A stretch of 20,000 bases of DNA, taken from IMG/VR virus record IMGVR_UViG_3300049783_001162; one strand, given 5' to 3'. The notes under the pieces were generated by a model. The model made no database searches and was not told where the DNA came from. It saw only the letters and a program-made list of their open reading frames with translations. This DNA is from an uncultured virus (IMG/VR IMGVR_UViG_3300049783_001162). Its lineage: Duplodnaviria; Heunggongvirae; Uroviricota; Caudoviricetes. A program made the position numbers and the translations under genes. This document shows, piece after piece, positions 1 to 9,354 of this stretch (the stretch's first letter is position 1; each line of letters starts with the position of its first letter).

Positions 1-2
1 CT

Positions 3-659
3 GACGCATGGTTGACACGTAAGAAGGGCAAGCCGTTTATGTCCTTCGAAGAACGTACAAACATTATCAAGCACTTGGGCATAGTTGATCAAGTTATTGG
101 TTTTAACGATGATGACGACAGCGCATGTTGTGCTATTTTTCAAATGCTATCAACACATGGAAGTAGCACTGATATTATCTTTGCCAATGGCGGCGACCGA
201 AATAACATCAACAGTCCAGAATACAAAATGTACAAGCATCAACATGGATTGCAATTTGCATGCGGCGTAGGCGGCGAAGATAAAAAGAATTCGAGCAGTT
301 CAATTCTCAAAGAATGGAGTCAGCCTACAACTAAGCGTGCATGGGGAACATACACTGTATTAGATAAAAATAATGGATGGCAAGTAAAGGAATTATCCTT
401 CTTAGAAGGCAAGTCATTAAGTGATCAGAGACACTTCGACCGCAGTGAGCACTGGCATGTTGTGTCTGGACAAATACAAATGAATTTAGAGTTCGAGGAC
501 GGCCGCACACTTAATAATTTATACATAGCTGGTGAAAGCATTGACATTCCTAAAAATACATGGCACAAAGCAACCAACACTGGCCAGAATACTGCCAAGG
601 TAATAGAAGTTTGGCTAGGCAACAATCTAACGGAGAACGACATTGAACGAAGAGATTAA
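3..659 (+). CDS. Cytidylyltransferase-like domain (RfaE/TagD-type) fused to a C-terminal cupin (mannose-6-phosphate isomerase type II-like); 5' truncated by the window edge
   Basis: The frame is open from position 3 (DAWLTRKKGKPFM..ER). It has cytidylyltransferase-type motifs FANGGDR and GVGGEDKKNSSS, then a cupin segment RAWGTY...LSDQRHFDRSEHWHVVSG...IPKNTWHK...IEVWLG..L.ENDIER. Confidence 0.85.
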   Translation, partial: DAWLTRKKGKPFMSFEERTNIIKHLGIVDQVIGFNDDDDSACCAIFQMLSTHGSSTDIIFANGGDRNNINSPEYKMYKHQHGLQFACGVGGEDKKNSSSSILKEWSQPTTKRAWGTYTVLDKNNGWQVKELSFLEGKSLSDQRHFDRSEHWHVVSGQIQMNLEFEDGRTLNNLYIAGESIDIPKNTWHKATNTGQNTAKVIEVWLGNNLTENDIERRD

Positions 660-2343
660 ACCATTAAGAATTTTTATTGGCTGGGATAGCCGAGAAGATA
701 TTGCTTATCAAGTCTGCAAACAAAGTATACTTGACACTGCTAGTGTCCCAGTAGAAATAGTTCCTCTAAAACAAAAAGATTTAATAAGAAAAGGACTGTA
801 CAGCAGACCAACAGATACTCTTGCATCAACAGAATTTACATTTACTAGATTTCTATTGCCCGAACTTTGCAATTTTCAAGGATGGGCGCTGTTTATAGAT
901 TGCGATGTAGTCCTTAAGACAGACATTAAAGAACTGTTTGATCAAGTAGATGATCAGTATGCAGTTATGTGTGCCCAACATGACTACACTCCTAAAGAAG
1001 GCACAAAGATGGACGGCAAGCAGCAACTTCCGTACCCTCGTAAAAACTGGTCAAGCATGATGCTTGTCAATTGCGGGCATACTAGTAACAAAATAGTTAC
1101 AAAAGAATTTGTTAATGACCCCGAAAAGACCGGTGCTTTCCTACACAGATTTAGCTGGCTACACGACTCTGAACTTGGTAAGATTAGCCATACGTGGAAT
1201 TGGTTAGTTGGATGGTATAGCCAACCTACTAACGGTATTCCTGACCTTATTCATTACACAAATGGCGGGCCGTGGTTTGAAGAATACCAAGATTGCGAAT
1301 ACGCAGTTGATTGGTACAAGGCACATATTAACTTTTTAAAAACTAATATAAATGTCCTTGAAACTAGAATGACCGCTAATGAAGAAAGAGTAATAGGCAT
1401 AAGTGACTTGACTCTTTCGGATCAAAAAAAAAATCTAATTGAGTTATTTTTACAAAGTACAATAGATCCAGACGAAGTGGCATATAAAACAAAAAAGCAA
1501 TTGCACGATTTAAAGGACATCGAAATGGGAGTAAAAGTTGTAGCTATATCGCCATCAAAGGGTGATTTTAATACTGCTAAAAAAGGACATTTATATGATC
1601 CATATCTTAGAGATTTTGTATTAGGCAGCGGCGGCACCATTAGTGAATGGAATAAAATAAATCCTAGTGGCGAGTCGACACTAGTTATTCGAGGCCTTGG
1701 TAGCACTAGTCAAACTGCTCTTCGATATTGTTTAGAAAACAAAAGAAACTTTTATGCTATAGACACCGGATATTTACAACCCGGAACTAAAAAACAGTAT
1801 CATAGAGTATCATTTAATGGACTGCAAAATACAAATCCGCTGGTCGCTAGAGACAATAGCCGTCTTGATAAATTAAATTTTAAACCCGGAAAGTTCAAGA
1901 CTGGTCGTAAAATATTACTTGTACCACCGAGTGAAAAAGTAATGATGTTTTACGGCAAGGATCTCGACGAATGGATGTCTGAAACTATTACCGAAATTAA
2001 AAAACACACCGACAGGCCTATCGAAATTAGATTAAAACCTAATCGAACAGACAGAGTTACTAGCAACCCAATTTGGCAAGCAATGCAAGATGACGTACAT
2101 TGTTTAGTTACATTTAATAGTATTGCTGCAACAGAAGCATTTTTGTTTGGACTACCTGCTATTGCATTAGCGCCCAATGCAGCAACATCTGTGTGCAATA
2201 CCAGTATTGATCAGATTGAAAACTTAACAACTCCTGCGATAGATTTACAAATACCGTTAGCAAGGCATTTGAGCTATTGTCAATTCACATCAAGTGAATT
2301 AGCCAATGGAACTGCATGGCATATTTTAAATGAAGGTAGTTAG
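643..2343 (+). CDS. Two-domain glycosyltransferase: N-terminal GT-A (GT8-like) domain plus C-terminal GT-B-like/capsule-biosynthesis-like domain
   Basis: N-terminal motifs: IFIGWDSRE, STEFTFTRF, FIDCD (DxD), YPRKNWSS, WNWLVG, HYTNGGPWF. The C-terminal domain has HTDRPIEIRLKP and VTFNSIAATEA..GLP. The TTG start has GGAG (632-635) 7 nt upstream. Confidence 0.8.
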   Translation: MNEEIKPLRIFIGWDSREDIAYQVCKQSILDTASVPVEIVPLKQKDLIRKGLYSRPTDTLASTEFTFTRFLLPELCNFQGWALFIDCDVVLKTDIKELFDQVDDQYAVMCAQHDYTPKEGTKMDGKQQLPYPRKNWSSMMLVNCGHTSNKIVTKEFVNDPEKTGAFLHRFSWLHDSELGKISHTWNWLVGWYSQPTNGIPDLIHYTNGGPWFEEYQDCEYAVDWYKAHINFLKTNINVLETRMTANEERVIGISDLTLSDQKKNLIELFLQSTIDPDEVAYKTKKQLHDLKDIEMGVKVVAISPSKGDFNTAKKGHLYDPYLRDFVLGSGGTISEWNKINPSGESTLVIRGLGSTSQTALRYCLENKRNFYAIDTGYLQPGTKKQYHRVSFNGLQNTNPLVARDNSRLDKLNFKPGKFKTGRKILLVPPSEKVMMFYGKDLDEWMSETITEIKKHTDRPIEIRLKPNRTDRVTSNPIWQAMQDDVHCLVTFNSIAATEAFLFGLPAIALAPNAATSVCNTSIDQIENLTTPAIDLQIPLARHLSYCQFTSSELANGTAWHILNEGS

Positions 2344-3244
2344 TTATTTAAAAACTGTTCCGGCTCGCAATAGCAATCAGCAAAAACCGCAATTGTTAAT
2401 TAACTTTATTAAAGGCGTAAATGCAGCAGGCGACACTGGAATTGTTAGTAACTCAGAAGTTATACAAACTGCAGATGTAGCAGTGATACAGGGGTGGGTG
2501 TATGCTGACACTAGCAGTGCTCATTTGAAATTAAGAAAACAAATTATTGATGCTCAAAAAGTAGTAACTGGTGACGCCAATTTATTTTTGTATAAAGATA
2601 AAACAAATCCGCACGGGTACTTGCGATACAGCTTTAATGGCATATTTCCGACTACTGGAATTTATTGCGACACTGATGTTAATCCTATACGATGGAATCA
2701 AATTTCCAAAGATACTAATATACAATTAGAAGATTACAAAGTTAAAGGAAAAAGTATTGTTTTAATGCTGCAACGCAACAAAGGCTGGAGTTTAAAAGGT
2801 ACAGATGTGCAACAATGGGCAATAAAAACAATTACCCAACTGCGCCAACATACTGACAGGCCTATAATAATTAGAACACACCCGGGTGATAAATCAGCAG
2901 CTACATATATAAACACTTTAAATAATTCTATAAAACATATGAGCAATGTCAGAATAAGTGCAGTTGGCACTAGCTTGACTACTGACTTGCATAAAGCATG
3001 GGCCATAATAAATCATAATAGTAGCGCAGCAGTCGGCCCAATTATAGAAGGGTATCATTGCTTCTTAACAGATCCTGCTGATAGCCAGTGTGCCGAAGTT
3101 AGCAATATCGATTTTAGAAATATCGAAAATCCTCAAGAGTTTGACCGCCAACGGTGGCTGGAACGTATTAGCATGTTCCATTGGAAATTTGATGAACTAG
3201 AATCAGGCGAATGCTGGCGGCACATGCGCAATTACTGCCAGTAA
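2330..3244 (+). CDS. Putative GT-B-like glycosyltransferase (KpsS/KpsC-like capsule biosynthesis fold)
   Basis: 304-aa ORF with LQR, HTDRPIIIRTHPGD, INHNSSAAV..IIEG and RQRWLERIS...ELESGECW. It is paralogous to the C-terminus of 643..2343 and to 4113..4958. Confidence 0.55.
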   Translation: MKVVSYLKTVPARNSNQQKPQLLINFIKGVNAAGDTGIVSNSEVIQTADVAVIQGWVYADTSSAHLKLRKQIIDAQKVVTGDANLFLYKDKTNPHGYLRYSFNGIFPTTGIYCDTDVNPIRWNQISKDTNIQLEDYKVKGKSIVLMLQRNKGWSLKGTDVQQWAIKTITQLRQHTDRPIIIRTHPGDKSAATYINTLNNSIKHMSNVRISAVGTSLTTDLHKAWAIINHNSSAAVGPIIEGYHCFLTDPADSQCAEVSNIDFRNIENPQEFDRQRWLERISMFHWKFDELESGECWRHMRNYCQ

Positions 3245-4074
3245 CCTTCGTTTCTGTCAACTATTAGGTCCTTAGTCAAACTCTTTCCGGCGTTCTTTCG
3301 GTTGCCCTTCATGTGGTCAATCCATTGTCCTAACTTGGTATTAATAAGAGGATGCCCGCCTCCGCCTGTCTTTGCTTCCCTCAAGTACATCTCTGCACTA
3401 TAATCCAACACATTTGGCGCAAGTTGTTTCATCTTGTTTACAATATCTCCAAACACAAAGCTGTCGTGCCATTCTTCGAGTAAAAAGATTCCATTTGGTG
3501 CATCAGTGTATACTCTTTCAAACTCTGCCAAGAATTCCTGACACACTGTATCTTTTAAATTCATGCCATAGAACCCACACTCGGGCCATGTTTGCGATCC
3601 TTTGCCACGGCCCACATATGTGATCCAGCTGGTCTTCGGCAGGCACTCGTTGAATTGATCAAAACTCCAATCACTGTGTACAAACGTGTCGGCATCCATC
3701 CACACACACCAGTCTGTACAGCGTCTACAAGCGTCGTACACGGCGTAGGTCTTGTTGGCAAACCGTACAGCATCCCACTTGAATGCTTTGTGATGATCGC
3801 GTTGTCGCTTTGCACGAATGTCAGCAGGAGGAATTCCGTTTGCTTTTGGATCATCTTTCCACCGCATCTTAAACGCATTCAAGTCTGGTAAAACCAGTGC
3901 TGCATCAAGAATTGTAATCTGATTCTCGTCTGGGTTAACAGGCTTGCAATTTTCAGTGTACACTAAAAGTTTAACTTTCTTGTCGACTCGTTGAGCAAAG
4001 CTATCTAAAAACCGTTGTCCGTACAAGTCCATTCCCTCTTTGTGAAATGTTGTAACCACAGTTATATCTGTCAT
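3232..4074 (-). CDS. GT-A fold glycosyltransferase
   Basis: Motifs VVTTFH, AVRFANK, VWMDADT (DxD), ECGF, WHDSFVF and DHMKG.RK. An AAGGA ribosome-binding site lies upstream on the minus strand. Confidence 0.7.
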   Translation of the reverse strand: MTDITVVTTFHKEGMDLYGQRFLDSFAQRVDKKVKLLVYTENCKPVNPDENQITILDAALVLPDLNAFKMRWKDDPKANGIPPADIRAKRQRDHHKAFKWDAVRFANKTYAVYDACRRCTDWCVWMDADTFVHSDWSFDQFNECLPKTSWITYVGRGKGSQTWPECGFYGMNLKDTVCQEFLAEFERVYTDAPNGIFLLEEWHDSFVFGDIVNKMKQLAPNVLDYSAEMYLREAKTGGGGHPLINTKLGQWIDHMKGNRKNAGKSLTKDLIVDRNEGYWQ

Positions 4075-4085
4075 TTGTAAATCCT

Positions 4086-4110
4086 TTAAATACAGTAGTA
4101 AGGTATTTAA
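4086..4110. promoter_or_regulatory. Inverted pair of TAAATA (T4-late-like) boxes serving divergent genes
   Basis: TTAAATAC (4086-4093) and GTATTTAA (4103-4110) form an inverted repeat in the 38-bp gap between divergent genes. An SD-like AAGG follows each box in its own direction. Confidence 0.55.
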
Positions 4111-4112
4111 CT

Positions 4113-4958
4113 ATGAAATTCAGTCTCTTTAGAGAATATGGTGCGCTCAACAGCAAACCTGTTTTTGATGCATTTGAAAAGAGTTTAATTGACAGCGGTC
4201 ACAGATCACTAGGCGACGATATGCATGCTGATGTTGCAGTAATATGGAGTGTTCTCTGGAATGGTAGGATGGTAGGCAACAAACCAATATGGGATTATTT
4301 TAGAAAAACTCATCGAAATGTAATAGTTCTTGAAGTCGGCGGGTTACAACGAGGTACTACATGGAAGGTAGGACTTAACGGAATAAACCGAGATGCATAC
4401 TTTTCACCAACTGGAAACAACAACAGTCGTGCTGATCAGCTCGGCCTTGATCTAAAACCTTGGCGGAGCAAGGGAGGACCTATTTATATTTGCTGCCAGC
4501 ACAACAAAAGCCTACAATGGGCAAATATGCCGACTATTAACGCATGGGTATCAGAATCAATTGACACTATCCGACAACACACTGATAGAGAAATTATTGT
4601 ACGACCTCACCCGCGTTGTCCATTATCATACAACAATTCTAAATATAAAGATGTAAGTATACAGCAGCCCCGGTTGATCAAGGGATCGTATGACGATTAC
4701 GATTTACAGTACAAAGATGCATGGAGTGTTGTAAATTGGAGTAGTAACCCTGGGGTGCAAGCTGTTAGAGAAGGAGTGCCGGCATTTGTAGGATCCAGCA
4801 GCTTGGCACATGATGTAGCTTCGCAAGACCTAACACAAATTGAAAACCCTCTAATGCCAGATAGACAACAATGGCTAAACGACCTTGCACACACAGAATA
4901 TACTATTGCAGAAATTGCTCACGGTATTCCGCTGAATAACTTGACACAGTACATGTAA
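4113..4958 (+). CDS. Putative GT-B-like glycosyltransferase (third paralog)
   Basis: Motifs ADVAVIWS, VLEVG, CCQH, HTDREIIVRPHP, VVNWSSNPGVQAVREGVP and DRQQWLNDLAHTEYT..EI..G. Confidence 0.55.
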   Translation: MKFSLFREYGALNSKPVFDAFEKSLIDSGHRSLGDDMHADVAVIWSVLWNGRMVGNKPIWDYFRKTHRNVIVLEVGGLQRGTTWKVGLNGINRDAYFSPTGNNNSRADQLGLDLKPWRSKGGPIYICCQHNKSLQWANMPTINAWVSESIDTIRQHTDREIIVRPHPRCPLSYNNSKYKDVSIQQPRLIKGSYDDYDLQYKDAWSVVNWSSNPGVQAVREGVPAFVGSSSLAHDVASQDLTQIENPLMPDRQQWLNDLAHTEYTIAEIAHGIPLNNLTQYM

Positions 4959-4969
4959 CATGCTAGTAT
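4941..4969 (+). promoter_or_regulatory. Sigma70-like promoter, predicted leaderless transcript
   Basis: TTGACA (4941-4946), 17-bp spacer, TGc-TAGTAT (4964-4969). The ATG is at 4976 with no SD. Confidence 0.7.
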
Positions 4970-4975
4970 TACATT

Positions 4976-6154
4976 ATGACACAAACAATTGAAGATGTAA
5001 TTCTTAAGATCAACGAAGTCGACCTTGGTGAATCAGACAAGCAAGTACTGTTAAGTTTGCGTTCGCAGTTATTGAAAAATGTTTCTCTAACTGATCGTCA
5101 ATACGAACTTTCCAAGGAAAAACTAGTCAAATACAAGGACGAATTGTGTGAGTTGGGTATTACAGACCTAGCAACATCAATGTCTACACTTGGTTCCACT
5201 CTTCGCTTTATCGACCGAGCAAAAACTATAACTATAGTTGATGATGTGAATTTGAGTTATCCTTTACTGAATCAGTTAAGTCCAACATACATTAAGATTG
5301 ATTTCCCTTTCAATAAGAAAACTATTGCAGCAATTGACAATATGGCCCGTGCTGAACCAAAATCTGGCTATTTTCATCCACGCGGCGGAAAGTCTCACTA
5401 TTTTCCGTTGACTGAATTAAATATTGCAATGGTAATAGATACATTTAAAGATAGGAACTTTAACATCGACCAAGAACTCATTGACAACGCCGCAGCCATT
5501 GAAGAGATTAAAACAACCAAATCGCTTTTTGTTCCTGGCATTTACAACAATCAGATGTTAAACTTGAAACCTGCAGCGACGGAATTAATTTCGGAAGAAA
5601 TTAGTCTTGACGACCCTAATAGGTTAATCAAGCTGTGTGATCGTCGATTCAGGTACGGCCTTAATCATGTTGATATAGATACTGACAAAGATACTTTAGA
5701 TCCAACAAGTGTACTTTCACACATTATAAGTCGACTTGCACCGCTTGTTGAAATGGAGTTAACTGATTGTAACATTGCTGAGACATCTGCTGCACTTAGT
5801 ACATTGGATCATTTTCCAATATTAGTATTAGTTGATGGCAAATCGGCACTAAAACAAATTACTATGATGCATCAAGCATTTCCTAATATTGATAATGCTA
5901 CTCAGTCTGTGCTATTTAGAGAACCCAGCGGCGACGGAGACCTTGTTAACACTTATATAAAGGAAAATAACCTCAACAATTGGGTTGACGACACTACAAA
6001 AATAGTGTATATTAATAAGAAAAAGCTTCCAAAGATCTTGCTTAAAAGTAACTGGAAGCCAAGGTGTGCTATAAGTTTCTCAGAGCAACGCTCTTGTGAA
6101 CACATTAGAATATATGCAGCTCAGCACGCAGACCTAATTATACGTCCAAAATAA
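4976..6154 (+). CDS. Hypothetical phage protein (392 aa), upstream of the helicase
   Basis: Long ORF with its own promoter. An N-terminal LTDRQ motif is present, but no catalytic motif was recognised. Confidence 0.6.
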   Translation: MTQTIEDVILKINEVDLGESDKQVLLSLRSQLLKNVSLTDRQYELSKEKLVKYKDELCELGITDLATSMSTLGSTLRFIDRAKTITIVDDVNLSYPLLNQLSPTYIKIDFPFNKKTIAAIDNMARAEPKSGYFHPRGGKSHYFPLTELNIAMVIDTFKDRNFNIDQELIDNAAAIEEIKTTKSLFVPGIYNNQMLNLKPAATELISEEISLDDPNRLIKLCDRRFRYGLNHVDIDTDKDTLDPTSVLSHIISRLAPLVEMELTDCNIAETSAALSTLDHFPILVLVDGKSALKQITMMHQAFPNIDNATQSVLFREPSGDGDLVNTYIKENNLNNWVDDTTKIVYINKKKLPKILLKSNWKPRCAISFSEQRSCEHIRIYAAQHADLIIRPK

Positions 6155-6173
6155 CGAGTAGAAAAAAAATATT

Positions 6174-7631
6174 ATGAGTTTATGTAAATTAATAATCGAA
6201 GACGAAGTAAATATAAAATTTGAAGGATTGTCAGTGGATGTGCGACGACAGATGTCCAACGCACTGAAGTTCGAAGTTCCTTATGCAAAGCACATGCCAC
6301 AGTTTAAACTAGGTCGGTGGGACGGTAAAGTTGGCTTTTTTGGGCTCGGCGGCGCCGGCTACTTGAGTCATCTAGACGTATTGTTACCGATACTTGAAAA
6401 GAATAAGGTGAATATTTCAGAAATTGTTGATAAAAGATCTCCAATTGAATTGAATTTTCAACCTATTACTTGCAACTATTGGGGCTCTACAGTGTGGCCA
6501 AAAGGGCATCCTGCTGAAGGCGAACCTATTATACTACGAGACTATCAAGTCGAAGCAATTAACAATTTTATACAAAATCCACAAAGTTTACAGCAAATTG
6601 CAACCGGCGCAGGTAAAACAATTATTACAGCAACGTTATCTAAAATGTGCGAAGTGTACGGCAGGAGTTTGATTATTGTACCTAACAAAAGTCTAGTTGA
6701 ACAAACAGAAGAAGACTATATTAATTGCGGACTAGATGTAGGTGTTTACTTTGGAGACAGAAAAGAACTAGGAAAGACACACACCATCTGTACATGGCAG
6801 AGTCTTAATATACTCAACAAGCGCCACAAAGACGGCATCTCAACTCTTAGCTTGGCCGAATTTTTAGAAGACGTAGCGACTGTTATAGTTGACGAAGTAC
6901 ACCAAGCCAAAGCCGACGTACTGAAAAATATTCTAACACAAAACTTGAAGAATGCACCAATACGCTGGGGACTTACAGGAACAATTCCCAAAGAAGCATT
7001 TGAATTTCAAAGCATACTTGCAAGTCTCGGCCCTGTTGTAGGAAACGTAACAGCAAAGGAATTGCAGGACAAGGGTGTGTTATCAAAATGTCATGTTAAT
7101 ATATGTCAACTGATGGATATCAAGGCATTTACAAATTATCAAGAAGAACTCAAGTATCTTGTATCAGACGAAGCTCGCCTTGAATATCTTGGTAAGTTGA
7201 TGATTAAGATAAAAAGTTCAGGAAATACATTAATCTTAGTTGACCGAATTGCAGCAGGCGAAAAATTACAACAACTAATTCCGGGCTCTGTTTTCATCAA
7301 CGGATCTGTAAAAACCAAGAATAGAAAAGAAACATACGACAAGGTGCAGGATGCCACAGACATGGTAATTATTGCAACATACGGCGTAGCTGCTGTTGGA
7401 ATTAACATTCCGAGAATCTTTAATTTAGTATTGTTTGAACCTGGCAAAAGTTTTGTTAGAGTTATTCAGTCAATTGGCAGAGGCGTAAGAAAAGCAAAGG
7501 ACAAAGACTTTGTCCAAATATGGGATATTACCAGCACATGTAAGTTTGCCAAGCGGCACCTTACTGCACGTAAGAAATTTTACAAAGAAGCAGAATACCC
7601 ATTTACTATAGAAAAAATAGATTGGAATTAA
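6174..7631 (+). CDS. uvsW: Superfamily 2 DNA helicase, T4 UvsW-like
   Basis: LRDYQ (Q motif), ATGAGKT (Walker A), IVPNKSLVEQT, VDEVH (Walker B), GLTGT, IATYG...GINIP and QSIGRGVR. It also has the N-terminal WDGK typical of UvsW-like proteins. Confidence 0.88.
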   Translation: MSLCKLIIEDEVNIKFEGLSVDVRRQMSNALKFEVPYAKHMPQFKLGRWDGKVGFFGLGGAGYLSHLDVLLPILEKNKVNISEIVDKRSPIELNFQPITCNYWGSTVWPKGHPAEGEPIILRDYQVEAINNFIQNPQSLQQIATGAGKTIITATLSKMCEVYGRSLIIVPNKSLVEQTEEDYINCGLDVGVYFGDRKELGKTHTICTWQSLNILNKRHKDGISTLSLAEFLEDVATVIVDEVHQAKADVLKNILTQNLKNAPIRWGLTGTIPKEAFEFQSILASLGPVVGNVTAKELQDKGVLSKCHVNICQLMDIKAFTNYQEELKYLVSDEARLEYLGKLMIKIKSSGNTLILVDRIAAGEKLQQLIPGSVFINGSVKTKNRKETYDKVQDATDMVIIATYGVAAVGINIPRIFNLVLFEPGKSFVRVIQSIGRGVRKAKDKDFVQIWDITSTCKFAKRHLTARKKFYKEAEYPFTIEKIDWN

Positions 7632-7638
7632 AACTAAC

Positions 7639-8145
7639 ATGAGAATACTAACTCTAGAAAACGAAACATTTATACTTAATCAATTGCCGGAATCAGTTGA
7701 CGAAGCATTGCGCTTTGCAGTGCTAGACAACAGTAATCCAGCAGATCCGGATTTCTTTTTTAATCCATTGATATTTCTAGAAAGCTTCAACAGCCCTGCT
7801 ATTGTGCTAGAGATAAACGGCAACGAGATTACAATGCCGTTGGACTGGTGTCTAGCAGTAGGTTGTAGCGAAGCAGGCAGCGACTTAGAGGTATTACCTC
7901 TAACCAGCTTGAACGATAGAGGATTTGAAGCATTTGTATTCAATCCCCTAACTGGAACACATCCGCAATACGCAAAGGTAGAAATAATAAATTTCTACAA
8001 TGATGTCAAGTGGTATTTTCCAAAAATGAGAAACGGACAATTGTTAGCAGTTCCCCTTAACGAGGAACCGAACGCAAATTGTGCGTTTTTTGTAAAAGAC
8101 ATAAGTCGCCAGAGTGAAATTATCGACTTCGGCAAATTATTATAA
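7639..8145 (+). CDS. Hypothetical phage protein (168 aa)
   Basis: ORF starts 7 nt after the helicase stop and has a protein-like composition; function not recognised. Confidence 0.65.
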   Translation: MRILTLENETFILNQLPESVDEALRFAVLDNSNPADPDFFFNPLIFLESFNSPAIVLEINGNEITMPLDWCLAVGCSEAGSDLEVLPLTSLNDRGFEAFVFNPLTGTHPQYAKVEIINFYNDVKWYFPKMRNGQLLAVPLNEEPNANCAFFVKDISRQSEIIDFGKLL

Positions 8146-8213
8146 AACGAATAAACTAAATTATTAACAAAAAAAAATAGGCATACAAAAGGCATTAAGA
8201 AAAGGAATTTACT

Positions 8214-9344
8214 ATGAAAATAACAAAAACACCCAAGCCATACAAAATGAAAACTATTCCAGAAGTAATAAAAATTAGAAAAGAAATATCTCAGCATATT
8301 AACAGCACTAGCTGTTTGCATACGCTAACATCTTACCACAATTATCTACTCAAGGGAAATTTACAGCCAGTTATAAAATCTGCATTGGTTTCCAAGTTTG
8401 GTAGGTCAAACGGTAATGATAAACGGTTGCTCGATACATTTATAAATGGGCAAGGTAGTATACAAGAAAAAATTGAATTATTCAATAAAATTATAAGCAA
8501 AGACGGCGTGTTTTCGGGAAGTAAACTTTTAAAATATAGCTATGCCAACTTGTATGATATGATCAATGCAGAATCTCCATTGTTATACCAGTATGTTAAC
8601 GACATTTCGGCAATGGCCGGCAAGATGGGATACAGCAGCGGCGATGTTGGACCTGGAGAGTTTTTGTTAGCCACATTCGGCAAAGGTATAAATTTTGCAG
8701 AAAAAGGCGATTTGACATTTACTGTGCCAACTTCCACTAACCCTATTGTTGTCGAAGTTAAAGGAACAGTAAAAGGCAGGAAGTCGTACAGCGGCGGCCG
8801 CCTTTGTGGAACTTCGGGCTACGGTAGCCCTACATCTGTTCGCAAGCAATTGTACAAAGTAATGGCAGATGTAGGCATCCTAGAGGGAGAATTACTCGAG
8901 CATGGCATGGAAGTTGACAAGCCAGTAATACGCGGCGGATTTAATTTAAACATATCTGGATTAACAAACCTAGATCGAGTAATTGGTGATTATACAGATT
9001 ACAATGGATCGGTTAAGATATTCACTACTATGCTTCAGGGATTGTACACACGCATTGACCAATTGTTGATTGATGAATTCTTGACAGTATTGGATAAAAA
9101 CGGAAGATTTACAGCAATCGCAATGCAAATGGCATTGGCACAAGTTGCATTTAGTTATTACAAATCTGTTGAAGACCACGATTGTGTAATGTTTCTAAAT
9201 ACTAAAAACGGCTGCTACGGCATTGCACACACTGCTGATGATATCAAGTTCCTTTATGATGAAGGACGCCTAACATTTACTTGCGAAATAAATTGGCACG
9301 ATGACAGAGCCAAGGGTAGCACGCAATTTATCTTTGGAAAATAA
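8214..9344 (+). CDS. Putative PD-(D/E)XK restriction-endonuclease-fold protein
   Basis: GDVGPGEFLL...KGDL...VEVKG..G matches the E...D...E-x-K pattern. A strong AAAGGA SD is present. Confidence 0.5.
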   Translation: MKITKTPKPYKMKTIPEVIKIRKEISQHINSTSCLHTLTSYHNYLLKGNLQPVIKSALVSKFGRSNGNDKRLLDTFINGQGSIQEKIELFNKIISKDGVFSGSKLLKYSYANLYDMINAESPLLYQYVNDISAMAGKMGYSSGDVGPGEFLLATFGKGINFAEKGDLTFTVPTSTNPIVVEVKGTVKGRKSYSGGRLCGTSGYGSPTSVRKQLYKVMADVGILEGELLEHGMEVDKPVIRGGFNLNISGLTNLDRVIGDYTDYNGSVKIFTTMLQGLYTRIDQLLIDEFLTVLDKNGRFTAIAMQMALAQVAFSYYKSVEDHDCVMFLNTKNGCYGIAHTADDIKFLYDEGRLTFTCEINWHDDRAKGSTQFIFGK

Positions 9345-9354
9345 AGGAATTACC

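Noticed and set aside
9301..9354. Longer N-termini given by the ORF track (9301, 9849, 10527, 17901, 19942)
   Set aside because: They overlap upstream genes or promoter boxes. SD position and paralog alignment favour 9355, about 9915, about 10590, 17880 and 19903.
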